64,000 nucleotides of DNA from Eledone cirrhosa (taxonomy: Eukaryota). The stretch spans positions 135,346,001 to 135,410,000 of the forward strand of contig OZ024743.1 of NCBI GenBank assembly GCA_964016885.1, in the 5' to 3' direction. Both the position numbers and the translations under genes were made by a program. This document shows positions 1 to 10,758 of this stretch, in pieces (position 1 is the stretch's first letter; the number at the start of each line of letters is the position of its first letter). Under the pieces are notes generated by a model. It had not been told where the DNA came from and did no database searches. It saw only the letters and a list, made by a program, of their open reading frames with translations.

Positions 1-1474
1 TGGTGTTTGGTGCTTGGTGTTTGGTGTTTGGTGCTTGGTGCTTGGTGCCTGGTGTTTCGTGCTTGGTGCTTGGTGTTTGGTGTTTGGTGTTTGGTGCCTG
101 GTGGTTGGTGTTTGGTGTTTGGTGCTTGGTGCTTGGTGTTTGGTGCTTGGTGCTTGGTTTTTGGTGTTTGGTGCTTGGTACCTGGTGCTTGTTGTTTGGT
201 GTTTGGTGCTTGGTGCTTGGTGCTTGGTGTTTGGTGCTTGGTGTCTGGTGTTTGGTGCTTGGTGCTTGGTGCTTGGTGTTTGGTGTTTGGTGCTTGGTGC
301 TTGGTGTTTGGTGTTTGGTGCTGGGTGCTTGGAGTTTGGTGCTTGGTGCTTGGTGCTTAGTGCTTGGTGTTTGGTGTTTGGTGCTTGGTGTTTGGTGTTT
401 GGTGTTTGATGCTTGGTGTGTGCTGCTTGGTGCTTGGTGCTTGGTGTTTTGTGTTTGGTGCTTGGTGCTTGGTGCCTGGTTCTTGGTGCTTGGTGCTTGT
501 TGTTTGGTGCTTGGTGCTTGGTGATTAGTGTTTGGTGCTTGGTGCTTGGGGTTTGCTGTTTGGTGCTTGGTGCTTGGTGTTTGGTGCTTGGTGCTTGGTG
601 TTTGGTGTTTGGTGTTTGGTGCTTGGTGTCTGGTGTTTGGTGTTTGGTGTTTGGTGCTTGGTGCTTGGTGTTTGGGTTTTGGTGCTTGGTGCTTGGTGTT
701 TGGTGTTTGGTGCTTGGTGTTTGGTGTTTGGTGCTTGGTGTTTGGTGCTTGGTGCTTGGTGCTTGGTGTTTGGTACTGGGTGCTTGGTGCTTGGTGTTTG
801 GTGTTTGGTGCTTGGTGCCTGGTGTTTGGTGTTTGGTGTTTGATGCTTGGTGTTTGATGCTTGGTGCGTGGGACTTAGTGTTTGGTGTTTGGTGCTTGGT
901 GTTTGGTGCTTGGTGTTTGGGGCTTGGTGTTCGGTGCTTGGTGCTTGCTGCTTGGTGCTTGGTGTTTGGTGTTTGGTGCTTGGTGCTTGGTGTTTGATGT
1001 TGGGTCCTTAGTGCTTGGTGCTTGGTGTTTGGTGTTTGGTGCTTGCTGCTTGCTGCTTGTTGTTTCGTTCTTTGTGATTGGTGCTTGGTGCTTGGTGTTT
1101 GGTGCTTGGTGCTTGGTGTTTGGTGTTTGGTGTTTGGTGCTTGGGGCTTGGTGTTTGTGCTTGGTGCTTGGTGCTTGGTGTTTGGTGTTTGGTGTTTGGT
1201 GCTTGCTGTTTGGTGCTTGGTGCTTGGTTCTGGGTGGTTGGTGTTTGCTGCTTGGTGCTTGGTGTTTGGTGCTTGGTGCTTGGTGCTTGTTGTTTGGTGC
1301 TTGGTGCTTGGTGCTTGGTCTTTGGTGCTTGGTGTTTGGTGTTTGGTGCTTGGTGCTTGGTGCTTGGTGTTTGGTGCTTGGTGCTTGGTGCTTGGTGTTT
1401 GGTGCTTGGTGCTTGGTGATTAGTGTTTGTTGCTTGGTGCTTGGGGTTTGGTGGTTGGTGCTTGGTGCTTGGTG

Positions 1475-1628
1475 TTTGGTGTTTGGTGTTTGGTGTTTGG
1501 TGTTTGCTGTTTGGTGTCTGCTTTTTGGTGTTTGGTGTTTGCTGTATGGTGTTTGCTGTTTCGTATTTGGTTTTTGCTGTTTGGTGTTTGGTGTTTGCTG
1601 TTTGGTGTTTGGTGTTTGGTGTTTGGTG
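1475..1628 (+). repeat. T-only island: 22 consecutive T-starting monomers rich in TTTGCTG (about 13 copies in window)
   Basis: Parsed directly; diagnostic monomers are TCTGCTT, TATGGTG, TTTCGTA and TTTGGTT. Other copies start near 3832, 7883, 12213, 15984, 18341, 38035, 41972, 44945, 48721, 55413, 58520 and 62397 (some shortened). Confidence 0.9.
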
Positions 1629-1901
1629 CTTCGTGCTTGGTGTTTGGTGCTTGGTGCTTGGTTTTTGGTGTTTGGTGCTTGGTACCTGGTGCTTGTTGTT
1701 TGGTGTTTGGTGCTTGGTGCTTGGTGCTTGCTGTTTGGTGCTTGGTGTCTGGTGTTTGGTGCTTGGTGCTTGGTGCTTGGTGTTTGGTGTTTGGTGCTTG
1801 GTGCTTGGTGTTTGGTGTTTGGTGCTGGGTGCTTGGAGTTTGGTGCTTGGTGCTTGGTGCTTAGTGCTTGGTGTTTGGTGTTTGGTGCTTGGTGCTTGGT
1901 G

Positions 1902-1971
1902 TTTGGTGTTTGATGCTTGGTGTGTGCTGCTTGGTGTTTGGTGTTTGATGCTTGGTGTGTGCTGCTTGGTG
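1902..1971 (+). repeat. 35-bp (5-monomer) local tandem duplication
   Basis: TTTGATG CTTGGTG TGTGCTG CTTGGTG occurs at 1909 and again at 1944. The duplication is also carried by the copies near 12647 and 16418. Confidence 0.85.
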
Positions 1972-4900
1972 CTTGGTGCTTGGTGTTTTGTGTTTGGTGC
2001 TTGGTGCTTGGTGCCTGGTTCTTGGTGCTTGGTGCTTGTTGTTTGGTGCTTGGTGCTTGGTGATTAGTGTTTGGTGCTTGGTGCTTGGGGTTTGCTGTTT
2101 GGTACTTGGTGCTTGGTGTTTGGTGCTTGGTGCTTGGTGTTTGGTGTTTGGTGTTTGGTGCATGGTGTCTGGTGTTTGGTGTTTGGTGTTTGGTGCTTGG
2201 TGCTTGGTGTTTGGGTTTTGGTGCTTGGTGCTTGGTGTTTGGTGTTTGGTGCTTGGTGTCTGGTGTTTGGTGCTTGGTGTTTGGTGCTTGGTGCTTGGTG
2301 CTTGGTGTTTGGTGCTGGGTGCTTGGTGCTTGGTGTTTGGTGTTTGGTGTTTGATGCTTGGTGTTTGATGCTTGTTGCTTGGTGCTTGGTGTTTTGTGTT
2401 TGGTGTTTGGTGCTTGGTGTATGTACTTGGTGCTTGGTGTTTGGTGCTTGGTTCTTGGTGTTTGGTGATTGGTGCTTGGTGCTTGGTGTTTGGTGCTTGG
2501 TGCTTGGTGTTTGGTACTTGGTGCTTGGTGTTTGGTGTTTGGTGCTTGGTGTTTGGTGCTTGGTGCTTGGTGCTTGGTGCTTGGTGTTATGTGTTTGGTG
2601 CTTGGTGCTTGGTGTTTGGTGGTGGTGCTTGGTGTTTGGTGCTTGGTGCCTGATGCTTGGTGTTTGGTGCTTGGTGTTTGGTGCTTGGTGTTTGGTGCTT
2701 GGTGCTCGGTGCTTTGTGCTTGGTGCTTGGTGATTGGTGTTTGGTGTTTGGTGCTTGATGCTTGGTGTTTGATGTTTGGTCCTTGGTGCTTGGTGTTTGG
2801 TGATTTGTGCTTGGTGCTTGGTGCTTGGTGTTTGGTGCTTGGTGCTTGGTGCTTGGTGTTTGGCGTTTGCTGTTTGCTGTTTGGTGTTTGGTGTTTGCTG
2901 TTTGGTGTTTGGTGCTTGGTGTTTGGTGCTTGGTGCTTGCTGTTTGGTGTTTGGTGTTTGGTTCTTGGTGCTTGGTGTTTGGTGCTTGGTGCTTGGTGTT
3001 TGGTGCTTGGTGCCTGGTGCTTGGTGTTTGGTGCTTGGTGCTTGTTGTTAGGTGATTGGTGCTTGGTGTTTGGTGCTTGGTGCTTGGTGCTTAGTGCTTG
3101 GTGTTAGGCGTTTGGTGCTTGGTGCTTGGTGTTTGATGTTTGGTCCTTGGTGCTTGGTGTTTGGTATTTGGTGCTTGGTGCTTGGTGTTTGGTGTTTGGT
3201 GCTTGCTGCTTGCTGCTTGGTGTTTGGTGCTTGGTGATTGGTGCTTGGTGTTTTGTGCTTTTTGCTTGGTGTTTGGTGTTTGGTGCTAGGGTCTTGGTGC
3301 TTGGTGCTTGGTGTTTGGTGCTTGGTGCTTGGTGTTTGGTGTTTGGTGCTTAGTGCGTGGGGCTTAGTGTTTGGTGCTTGGTGTTTGGTGATCGGTGTTT
3401 GGTGCTTGCTGTTTGGTGCTTGGTGCTTGGTATTTGGTGTTTGGTGTTTGGTGCTTGGTGCTTGGTGTTTGGTGCTTGGTGCTTGGTGCTTGGTGCTTGG
3501 TCTTTGGTGCTTGGTGCTTGGTGATTAGTGTTTGGTGATTGGTGCTTGGGGTTTGGTGTTTGGTACTTGGTGTTTGGTGCTTGGTGCTTGCTGTTTGGTG
3601 GTTGGTGTTTGCTGCTTGGTGCTTGGTGTTTGGTGCTTGGTGCTTGGTGCTTGTTGTTTGGTGCTTGGTGCTTGGTGCTTGGTCTTTGGTGCTTGGTGTT
3701 TGGTGTTTGGTGCTTGGTGCTTGGTGTTTGGTGCTTGGTGCTTGGTGCTTGGTGTTTGGTGCTTGGTGCTTGGTGATTAGTGTTTGTTGCTTGGTGCTTG
3801 GGGTTTGGTGGTTGGTGCTTGGTGCTTGGTGTTTGGTGTTTGGTGTTTGGTGTTTGGTGTTTGCTGTTTGGTGTCTGCTTTTTGGTGTTTGCTGTATGGT
3901 GTTTGCTGTTTCGTATTTGGTTTTTGCTGTTTGGTGTTTGGTGTTTGCTGTTTGGTGTTTGGTGTTTGGTGTTTGGTGCTTGGTGCTTGGTGTTTGGTGC
4001 TTGGTTTTTGGTGTTTGGTGCTTGGTACCTGGTGCTTGTTGTTTGGTGTTTGGTGCTTGGTGCTTGGTGCTTGGTGTTTGGTGCTTGGTGTCTGATGTTT
4101 GGTGCTTGGTGCTTGGTGCTTGGTGTTTGGTGTTTGGTGCTTGGTGCTTGGTGTTTGGTGTTTGGTGCTGGGTGCTTGGAGTTTGGTGCTTGGTGCTTGG
4201 TGCTTAGTGCTTGGTGTTTGGTGTTTGGTGCTTGGTGCTTGGTGTTTGGTGTTTGATGCTTGGTGTGTGCTGCTTGGTGCTTGGTGCTTGGTGTTTTGTG
4301 TTTGGTGCTTGGTGCTTGGTGCCTGGTTCTTGGTGCTTGGTGCTTGTTGTTTGGTGCTTGGTGCTTAGTGATTAGTGTTTGGTGCTTGGTGCTTGGGGTT
4401 TGCTGTTTGGTACTTGGTGCTTGGTGTTTGGTGCTTGGTGCTTGGTGTTTGGTGTTTGGTGTTTGGTGCTTGGTGTTTGGTGTTTGGTGTTTGGTGTTTG
4501 GTGCTTGGTGCTTGGTGTTTGGGTTTTGGTGCTTGGTGCTTGGTGTTTGGTGTTTGGTGCTTGGTGTCTGGTGTTTGGTGCTTGGTGCTTGGTGCTTGGT
4601 GCTTGGTGCTTGGTGTTTGGTGCTGGGTGCTTGGTGCTTGGTGTTTTGTGTTTGGTGTTTGGTGCTTGGTGTATGTACTTGGTGCTTGGTGTTTGGTGCT
4701 TGGTTCTTGGTGTTCGGTGATTGGTGCTTGGTGCTTGGTGTTTGGTGCTTGGTGCTTGGTGTTTGGTACTTGGTGCTTGGTGTTTGGTGTTTGGTGCTTG
4801 GTGTTTGGTGCTTGGTGCTTGGTGCTTGGTGCTTGGTGTTATCTGTTTGGTGCTTGGTGCTTGGTGTTTGGTGGTGGTGCTTGGTGTTTGGTGTTTGGTG

Positions 4901-6569
4901 CCTGGTGCTTGGTGTTTGGTGCTTGGTGTTTGGTGTTTGGTGTTTGGTGCTTGGTGCTCGGTGCTTTGTGCTTGGTGCTTGGTGATTGGTGTTTGGTGTT
5001 TGGTGCTTGGTGCTTGGTGTTTGATGTTTGGTCCTTGGTGCTTGGTGTTTGGTGATTTGTGCTTGGTGCTTGGTGCTTGGTGTTTGGTGTTTGGTGCTTG
5101 GTGTTTGGTGTTTGCTGTTTGGTGTTTGGTGCTTGGTGTTTGGTGCTTGGTGCTTGCTGTTTGGTGTTTGGTGTTTTGTTCTTGGTGCTTGGTGTTTGGT
5201 GCTTGGTGCTTGGTGTTTGGTGCTTGGTGCCTGGTGCTTGGTGTTTGGTGCTTGGTGCTTGTTGTTAGGTGATTGGTGCTTGGTGTTTGGTGCTTGGTGC
5301 TTGGTGCTTGGTGCTTGGTGCTTGGTGTTAGGCGTTTGGTGCTTGGTGCTTGGTGTTTGATGTTTGGTCCTTGGTGCTTGGTGTTTGGTATTTGGTGCTT
5401 GGTGCTTGGTGTTTGGTGTTTGGTGCTTGCTGCTTGCTGCTTGGTGTTTGGTGCTTGGTGATTGGTGCTTGGTGTTTTGTGCTTTTTGCTTGGTGTTTGG
5501 TGTTTGGTGCTAGGGTCTTGGTGCTTGGTGCTTGGTGTTTGGTGCTTGGTGCTTGGTGTTTGGTGTTTGGTGCTTAGTGCGTGGGGCTTGGTGTTTGGTG
5601 CTTGGTGTTTGGTGATCGGTGTTTGGTGCTTGCTCTTTGGTGCTTGGTGCTTGGTGTTTGGTGTTTGGTGTTTGGTGCTTGGTGCTTGGTGTTTGGTGCT
5701 TGGTGCTTGGTGCTTGGTGCTTGGTCTTGGTGCTTGGTGCTTGGGGTTTGGTCTTTGGTACTTGGTGTTTGGTGCTTGGTGCTTGCTGTTTGGTGTTTGG
5801 TGTTTGGTTCTTGGTGCTTGGTGTTTGGTGTTTGGTGCTTGGTGCCTGCTGCTTGTTGTTTGGTATTTGGTGCTAAGTGCTTTGTGTTTGGTGTTTGGTG
5901 TTTGGTGCTTGGTGCTTGGTGGCTAGTGTTTGGTGCTTGGTGTTTGGTGTTTGGTGCTTGGTGCTTGGTGCCTGGTGTTTCGTGCTTGGTGCTTGGTGCT
6001 TGGTGTTTGGTGTTTGGTGCTTGGTGGTTGGTGTTTGGTGTTTGGTGCTTGGTGCTTGGTGTTTGGTGCTTGGTGCTTGGTTTTTGGTGTTTGGTGCTTG
6101 GTGCTTGGTGCTTGGTGTTTTGTGCTTGGTGTCTGGTGTTTGGTGCTTGGTGCTTGGTGCTTGGTGTTTAGTGTTTGGTGCTTGGTGCTTGGTGTTTGGT
6201 GTTTGGTGCTGGGTGCTTGGAGTTTGGTGCTTGGTGCTTGGTGCTTAGTGCTTGGTGTTTGGTGTTTGGTGCTTGGTGTTTGGTGTTTGGTGTTTGATGC
6301 TTGGTGTGTGCTGCTTGGTGCTTGGTGCTTGGTGTTTTGTGTTTGGTGCTTGGTGCTTGGTGCCTGGTTCTTGGTGCTTGGTGCTTGTTGTTTGGTGCTT
6401 GGTGCTTGGTGATTAGTGTTTGGTGCTTGGTGCTTGGGGTTTGCTGTTTGGTTCTTGGTGCTTGGTGTTTGGTGCTTGGTGTTTGGTGTTTGGTGCTTGG
6501 TGCTTGGTGCCTGGTGTTTCGTGCTTGGTGCTTGGTGCTTGGTGTTTGGTGTTTGGTGCTTGGTGGTTG

Positions 6570-7650
6570 GTGTTTGCTGTTTGGTGTTTGGTGCTTGGTG
6601 TTTGGTGCTTGGTGCTTGCTGTTTGGTGTTTGGTGTTTGGTTCTTGGTGCTTGGTGTTTGGTGCTTGGTGCTTGGTGTTTGGTGCTTGGTGCCTGGTGCT
6701 TGGTGTTTGGTGTTTGGTGCTTGGTGCCTGGTGCTTGGTGTTTGGTGCTTGGTGCTTGGTGTTAGGTGATTGGTGCTTGGTGTTTGGTGCTTGGTGCTTG
6801 GTGCTTGGTGCTTGGTGTTAGGCGTTTGGTGCTTGGTGCTTGGTGTTTGATGTTTGGTCCTTGGTGCTTGGTGTTTGGTATTTGGTGCTTGGTGCTTGGT
6901 GTTTGGTGTTTGGTGCTTGGTGATTGGTGCTTGGTGTTTTGTGCTTTTTGCTTGGTGTTTGGTGTTTGGTGCTAGGGTCTTGGTGCTTGGTGTTTGGTGT
7001 TTGGTGCTTAGTGCGTGGGGGCTTGGTGTTTGGTGCTTGGTGTTTGGTGCTTGGTGTTTGGTGCTTGCTGTTTGGTGCTTGGTGCTTGGTGTTTGGTGTT
7101 TGGTGTTTGGTGCTTGGTGCTTGGTGTTTGGTGCTTGGTGCTTGGTGCTTGGTGCTTGGTGCTTGGTCTTTGGTGCTTGGTGCTTGGTGATTAGTGTTTG
7201 GTGATTGGTGCTTGGGGTTTGGTGTTTGGTACTTGGTGTTTGGTGCTTGGTGCTTGCTGTTTGGTGTTTGGTGTTTGGTTCTTGGTGCTTGGTGTTTGGT
7301 GTTTGGTGTTTGGTGCTTGGTGCTTGGTGCTTGGTGTTTGGTGCTGCATGCTTGGTGTTTGGTGTTTGGTGCTTGGTGCCTGCTGCTTGTTGTTTGGTGT
7401 TTGGTGCTAAGTGCTTGGTGTTTGGTGTTTGGTGCTTGGTGCTTGGTGGCTGGTGTTTGGTGCTTGGTGTTTGGTGTTTGGTGCTTGGTGCTTGGTGCCT
7501 GGTGTTTCGTGCTTGGTGCTTGGTGTTTGGTGTTTGGTGTTTGGTGCCTGGTGGTTGGTGTTTGGTGTTTGGTGCTTGGTGCTTGGTGTTTGGTGCTTGG
7601 TGCTTGGTTTTTGGTGTTTGGTGCTTGGTACCTGGTGCTTGTTGTTTGGT
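6570..7650 (+). repeat. About 1.1-kb block duplicated at about 13630-14710 (offset 7059)
   Basis: ORFs 6766/13825, 6854/13913 and 7194/14253. Both copies share the rare 8-bp monomer CGTGGGGG (7014, 14073). Confidence 0.85.
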
Positions 7651-8829
7651 GTTTGCTGCTTGGTGCTTGGTGTTTGGTGCTTGGTGCTTGGTGCTTGTTG
7701 TTTGGTGCTTGGTGCTTGGTGCTTGGTCTTTGGTGCTTGGTGTTTGGTGTTTGGTGCTTGGTGCTTGGTGCTTGGTGTTTGGTGCTTGGTGCTTGGTGCT
7801 TGGTGTTTGGTGCTTGGTGCTTGGTGATTAGTGTTTGTTGCTTGGTGCTTGGGGTTTGGTGGTTGGTGCTTGGTGCTTGGTGTTTGGTGTTTGGTGTTTG
7901 GTGTTTGGTGTTTGCTGTTTGGTGTCTGCTTTTTGGTGTTTGGTGTTTGCTGTATGGTGTTTGCTGTTTCGTATTTGGTTTTTTCTGTTTGGTGTTTGGT
8001 GTTTGCTGTTTGGTGTTTGGTGTTTGGTGTTTGGTGCTTGGTGCTTGGTGTTTGGTGCTTGGTTTTTGGTGTTTGGTGCTTGGTACCTGGTGCTTGTTGT
8101 TTGGTGTTTGGTGCTTGGTGCTTGGTGCTTGGTGTTTGGTGCTTGGTGTCTGGTGTTTGGTGCTTGGTGCTTGGTGCTTGGTGTTTGGTGTTTGGTGCTT
8201 GGTGCTTGGTGTTTGGTGTTTGGTGCTGGGTGCTTGGAGTTTGGTGCTTGGTGCTTGGTGCTTAGTGCTTGGTGTTTGGTGTTTGGTGCTTGGTGCTTGG
8301 TGTTTGGTGTTTGATGCTTGGTGTGTGCTGCTTGGTGCTTGGTGCTTGGTGTTTTGTGTTTGGTGCTTGGTGCTTGGTGCCTGGTTCTTGGTGCTTGGTG
8401 CTTGTTGTTTGGTGCTTGGTGCTTAGTGATTAGTGTTTGGTGCTTGGTGCTTGGGGTTTGCTGTTTGGTACTTGGTGCTTGGTGTTTGGTGCTTGGTGCT
8501 TGTTGTTTGGTGTTTGGTGTTTGGTGCTTGGTGTTTGGTGTTTGGTGTTTGGTGTTTGGTGCTTGGTGCTTGGTGTTTGGGTTTTGGTGCTTGGTGCTTG
8601 GTGTTTGGTGTTTGGTGTTTGGTGCTTGGTGTCTGGTGTTTGGTGCTTGGTGTTTGGTGCTTGGTGCTTGGTGCTTGGTGTTTGGTGCTGGGTGCTTGGT
8701 GCTTGGTGTTTGGTGTTTGGTGTTTGATGCTTGGTGTTTGATGCTTGTTGCTTGGTGCTTGGTGTTTTGTGTTTGGTGTTTGGTGCTTGGTGTATGTACT
8801 TGGTGCTTGGTGTTTGGTGCTTGGTTCTT

Positions 8830-9905
8830 GGTGTTTGGTGATTGGTGCTTGGTGCTTGGTGTTTGGTGCTTGGTGCTTGGTGTTTGGTACTTGGTGCTTG
8901 GTGTTTGGTGTTTGGTGCTTGGTGTTTGGTGCTTGGTGCTTGGTGCTTGGTGCTTGGTGTTATGTGTTTGGTGCTTGGTGCTTGGTGTTTGGTGGTGGTG
9001 CTTGGTGTTTGGTGCTTGGTGCCTGGTGCTTGGTGTTTGGTGCTTGGTGTTTGGTGCTTGGTGTTTGGTGCTTGGTGCTCGGTGCTTTGTGCTTGGTGCT
9101 TGGTGATTGGTGTTTGGTGTTTGGTGCTTGGTGCTTGGTGTTTGATGTTTGGTTCTTGGTGCTTGGTGTTTGGTGATTTGTGCTTGGTGCTTGGTGCTTG
9201 GTGTTTGGTGCTTGGTGCTTGGTGCTTGGTGTTTGGCGTTTGCTGTTTGCTGTTTGGTGTTTGGTGTTTGCTGTTTGGTGTTTGGTGCTTGGTGTTTGGT
9301 GCTTGGTGCTTGCTGTTTGGTGTTTGGTGTTTGGTTCTTGGTGCTTGGTGTTTGGTGCTTGGTGCTTGGTGTTTGGTGATTGGTGCTTGGTGCTTGGTGT
9401 TTGGTGCTTGGTGCTTGGTGTTTGGTACTTGGTGCTTGGTGTTTGGTGTTTGGTGCTTGGTGTTTGGTGCTTGGTGCTTGGTGCTTGGTGTTATGTGTTT
9501 GGTGCTTGGTGCTTGGTGTTTGGTGGTGGTGCTTGGTGTTTGGTGCTTGGTGCCTGGTGCTTGGTGTTTGGTGCTTGGTGTTTGGTGCTTGGTGTTTGGT
9601 GCTTGGTGTTCGGTGCTTTGTGCTTGGTGCTTGGTGATTGGTGTTTGGTGTTTGGTGCTTGGTGCTTGGTGTTTGATGTTTGGTCCTTGGTGCTTGGTGT
9701 TTGGTGATTTGTGCTTGGTGCTTGGTGCTTGGTGTTTGGTGCTTGGTGCTTGGTGCTTGGTGTTTGGCGTTTGCTGTTTGCTGTTTGGTGTTTGGTGTTT
9801 GCTGTTTGGTGTTTGGTGCTTGGTGTTTGGTGCTTGGTGCTTGCTGTTTGGTGTTTGGTGTTTGGTTCTTGGTGCTTGGTGTTTGGTGCTTGGTGCTTGG
9901 TGTTT
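8830..9905 (+). repeat. About 531-538-bp tandem duplication
   Basis: ORFs 8842/9380 (+538), 9149/9680 and 9180/9711 (+531). The marker series TTATGTG, GTGGTG, ATTTGTG, TTTGGCG appears twice. Confidence 0.85.
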
Positions 9906-10146
9906 GGTGCTTGGTGCCTGGTGCTTGGTGTTTGGTGTTTGGTGCTTGGTGCCTGGTGCTTGGTGTTTGGTGCTTGGTGCTTGGTGTTAGGTGATTGGTG
10001 CTTGGTGTTTGGTGCTTGGTGCTTGGTGCTTGGTGCTTGGTGTTAGGCGTTTGGTGCTTGGTGCTTGGTGTTTGATGTTTGGTCCTTGGTGCTTGGTGTT
10101 TGGTATTTGGTGCTTGGTGCTTGGTGTTTGGTGTTTGGTGTTTGGT

Positions 10147-10320
10147 GCTTGGTGATTGGTGCTTGGTGTTTTGTGCTTTTTGCTTGGTGTTTAGTGTTTG
10201 GTGCTAGGGTCTTGGTGCTTGGTGCTTGGTGCTTGGTGCTTGGTGATTGGTGCTTGGTGTTTTGTGCTTTTTGCTTGGTGTTTAGTGTTTGGTGCTAGGG
10301 TCTTGGTGCTTGGTGTTTGG
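10147..10320 (+). repeat. 91-bp (13-monomer) tandem duplication
   Basis: ATTGGTG..TTTTGTG CTTTTTG..TTTAGTG..CTAGGGT occurs twice; ORF starts 10198 and 10289 are 91 bp apart. Confidence 0.85.
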
Positions 10321-10758
10321 TGCTTGGTGTTTGGTGCTTGGTGTTTGGTGCTTGCTGTTTGGTGCTTGGTGCTTGGTGTTTGGTGTTTGGTGTTTGGTGC
10401 TTGGTGCTTGGTCTTTGGTGCTTGGTGCTTGGTGCTTGGTGCTTGGTCTTTGGTGCTTGGTGCTTGGTGATTAGTGTTTGGTGATTGGTGCTTGGGGTTT
10501 GGTGTTTGGTACTTGGTGTTTGGTGCTTGGTGCTTGCTGTTTGGTGTTTGGTGTTTGGTTCTTGGTGCTTGGTGTTTGGTGTTTGGTGTTTGGTGCCTGG
10601 TGCTTGGTGCTTGGTGTTTGGTGCTTGGTGCTTGGTGCTTGGTGTTTGGTGCTGCATGCTTGGTGTTTGGTGTTTGGTGCTTGGTGCCTGCTGCTTGTTG
10701 TTTGGTGTTTGGTGCTAAGTGCTTGGTGTTTGGTGTTTAGTGCTTGGTGCTTGGTGGC

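Larger units (their letters stand above)
1..6481 (+). repeat. Copy 1 of a direct duplication of at least 6.5 kb (copy 2 at 14510-20990, offset 14509)
   Basis: ORF-track entries recur at exactly +14509 (413/14922, 882/15391, 2469/16978, 4260/18769, 6301/20810). Base 1 aligns to 14510 and the match breaks at 6482/20991. Confidence 0.93.

Noticed and set aside
2618-2625. Chi-like GGTGGTGG (Haemophilus GNTGGTGG) in the GTGGTG variant, and near-matches to E. coli Chi GCTGGTGG
   Set aside because: Expected by chance from a TGGTG-based repeat, with no bacterial context.
3104-3110. TTAGGC (nematode) and TTAGG (arthropod) telomere motifs inside TTAGGCG/TTAGGTG variants
   Set aside because: They are isolated monomers one or two substitutions from consensus and never tandem.
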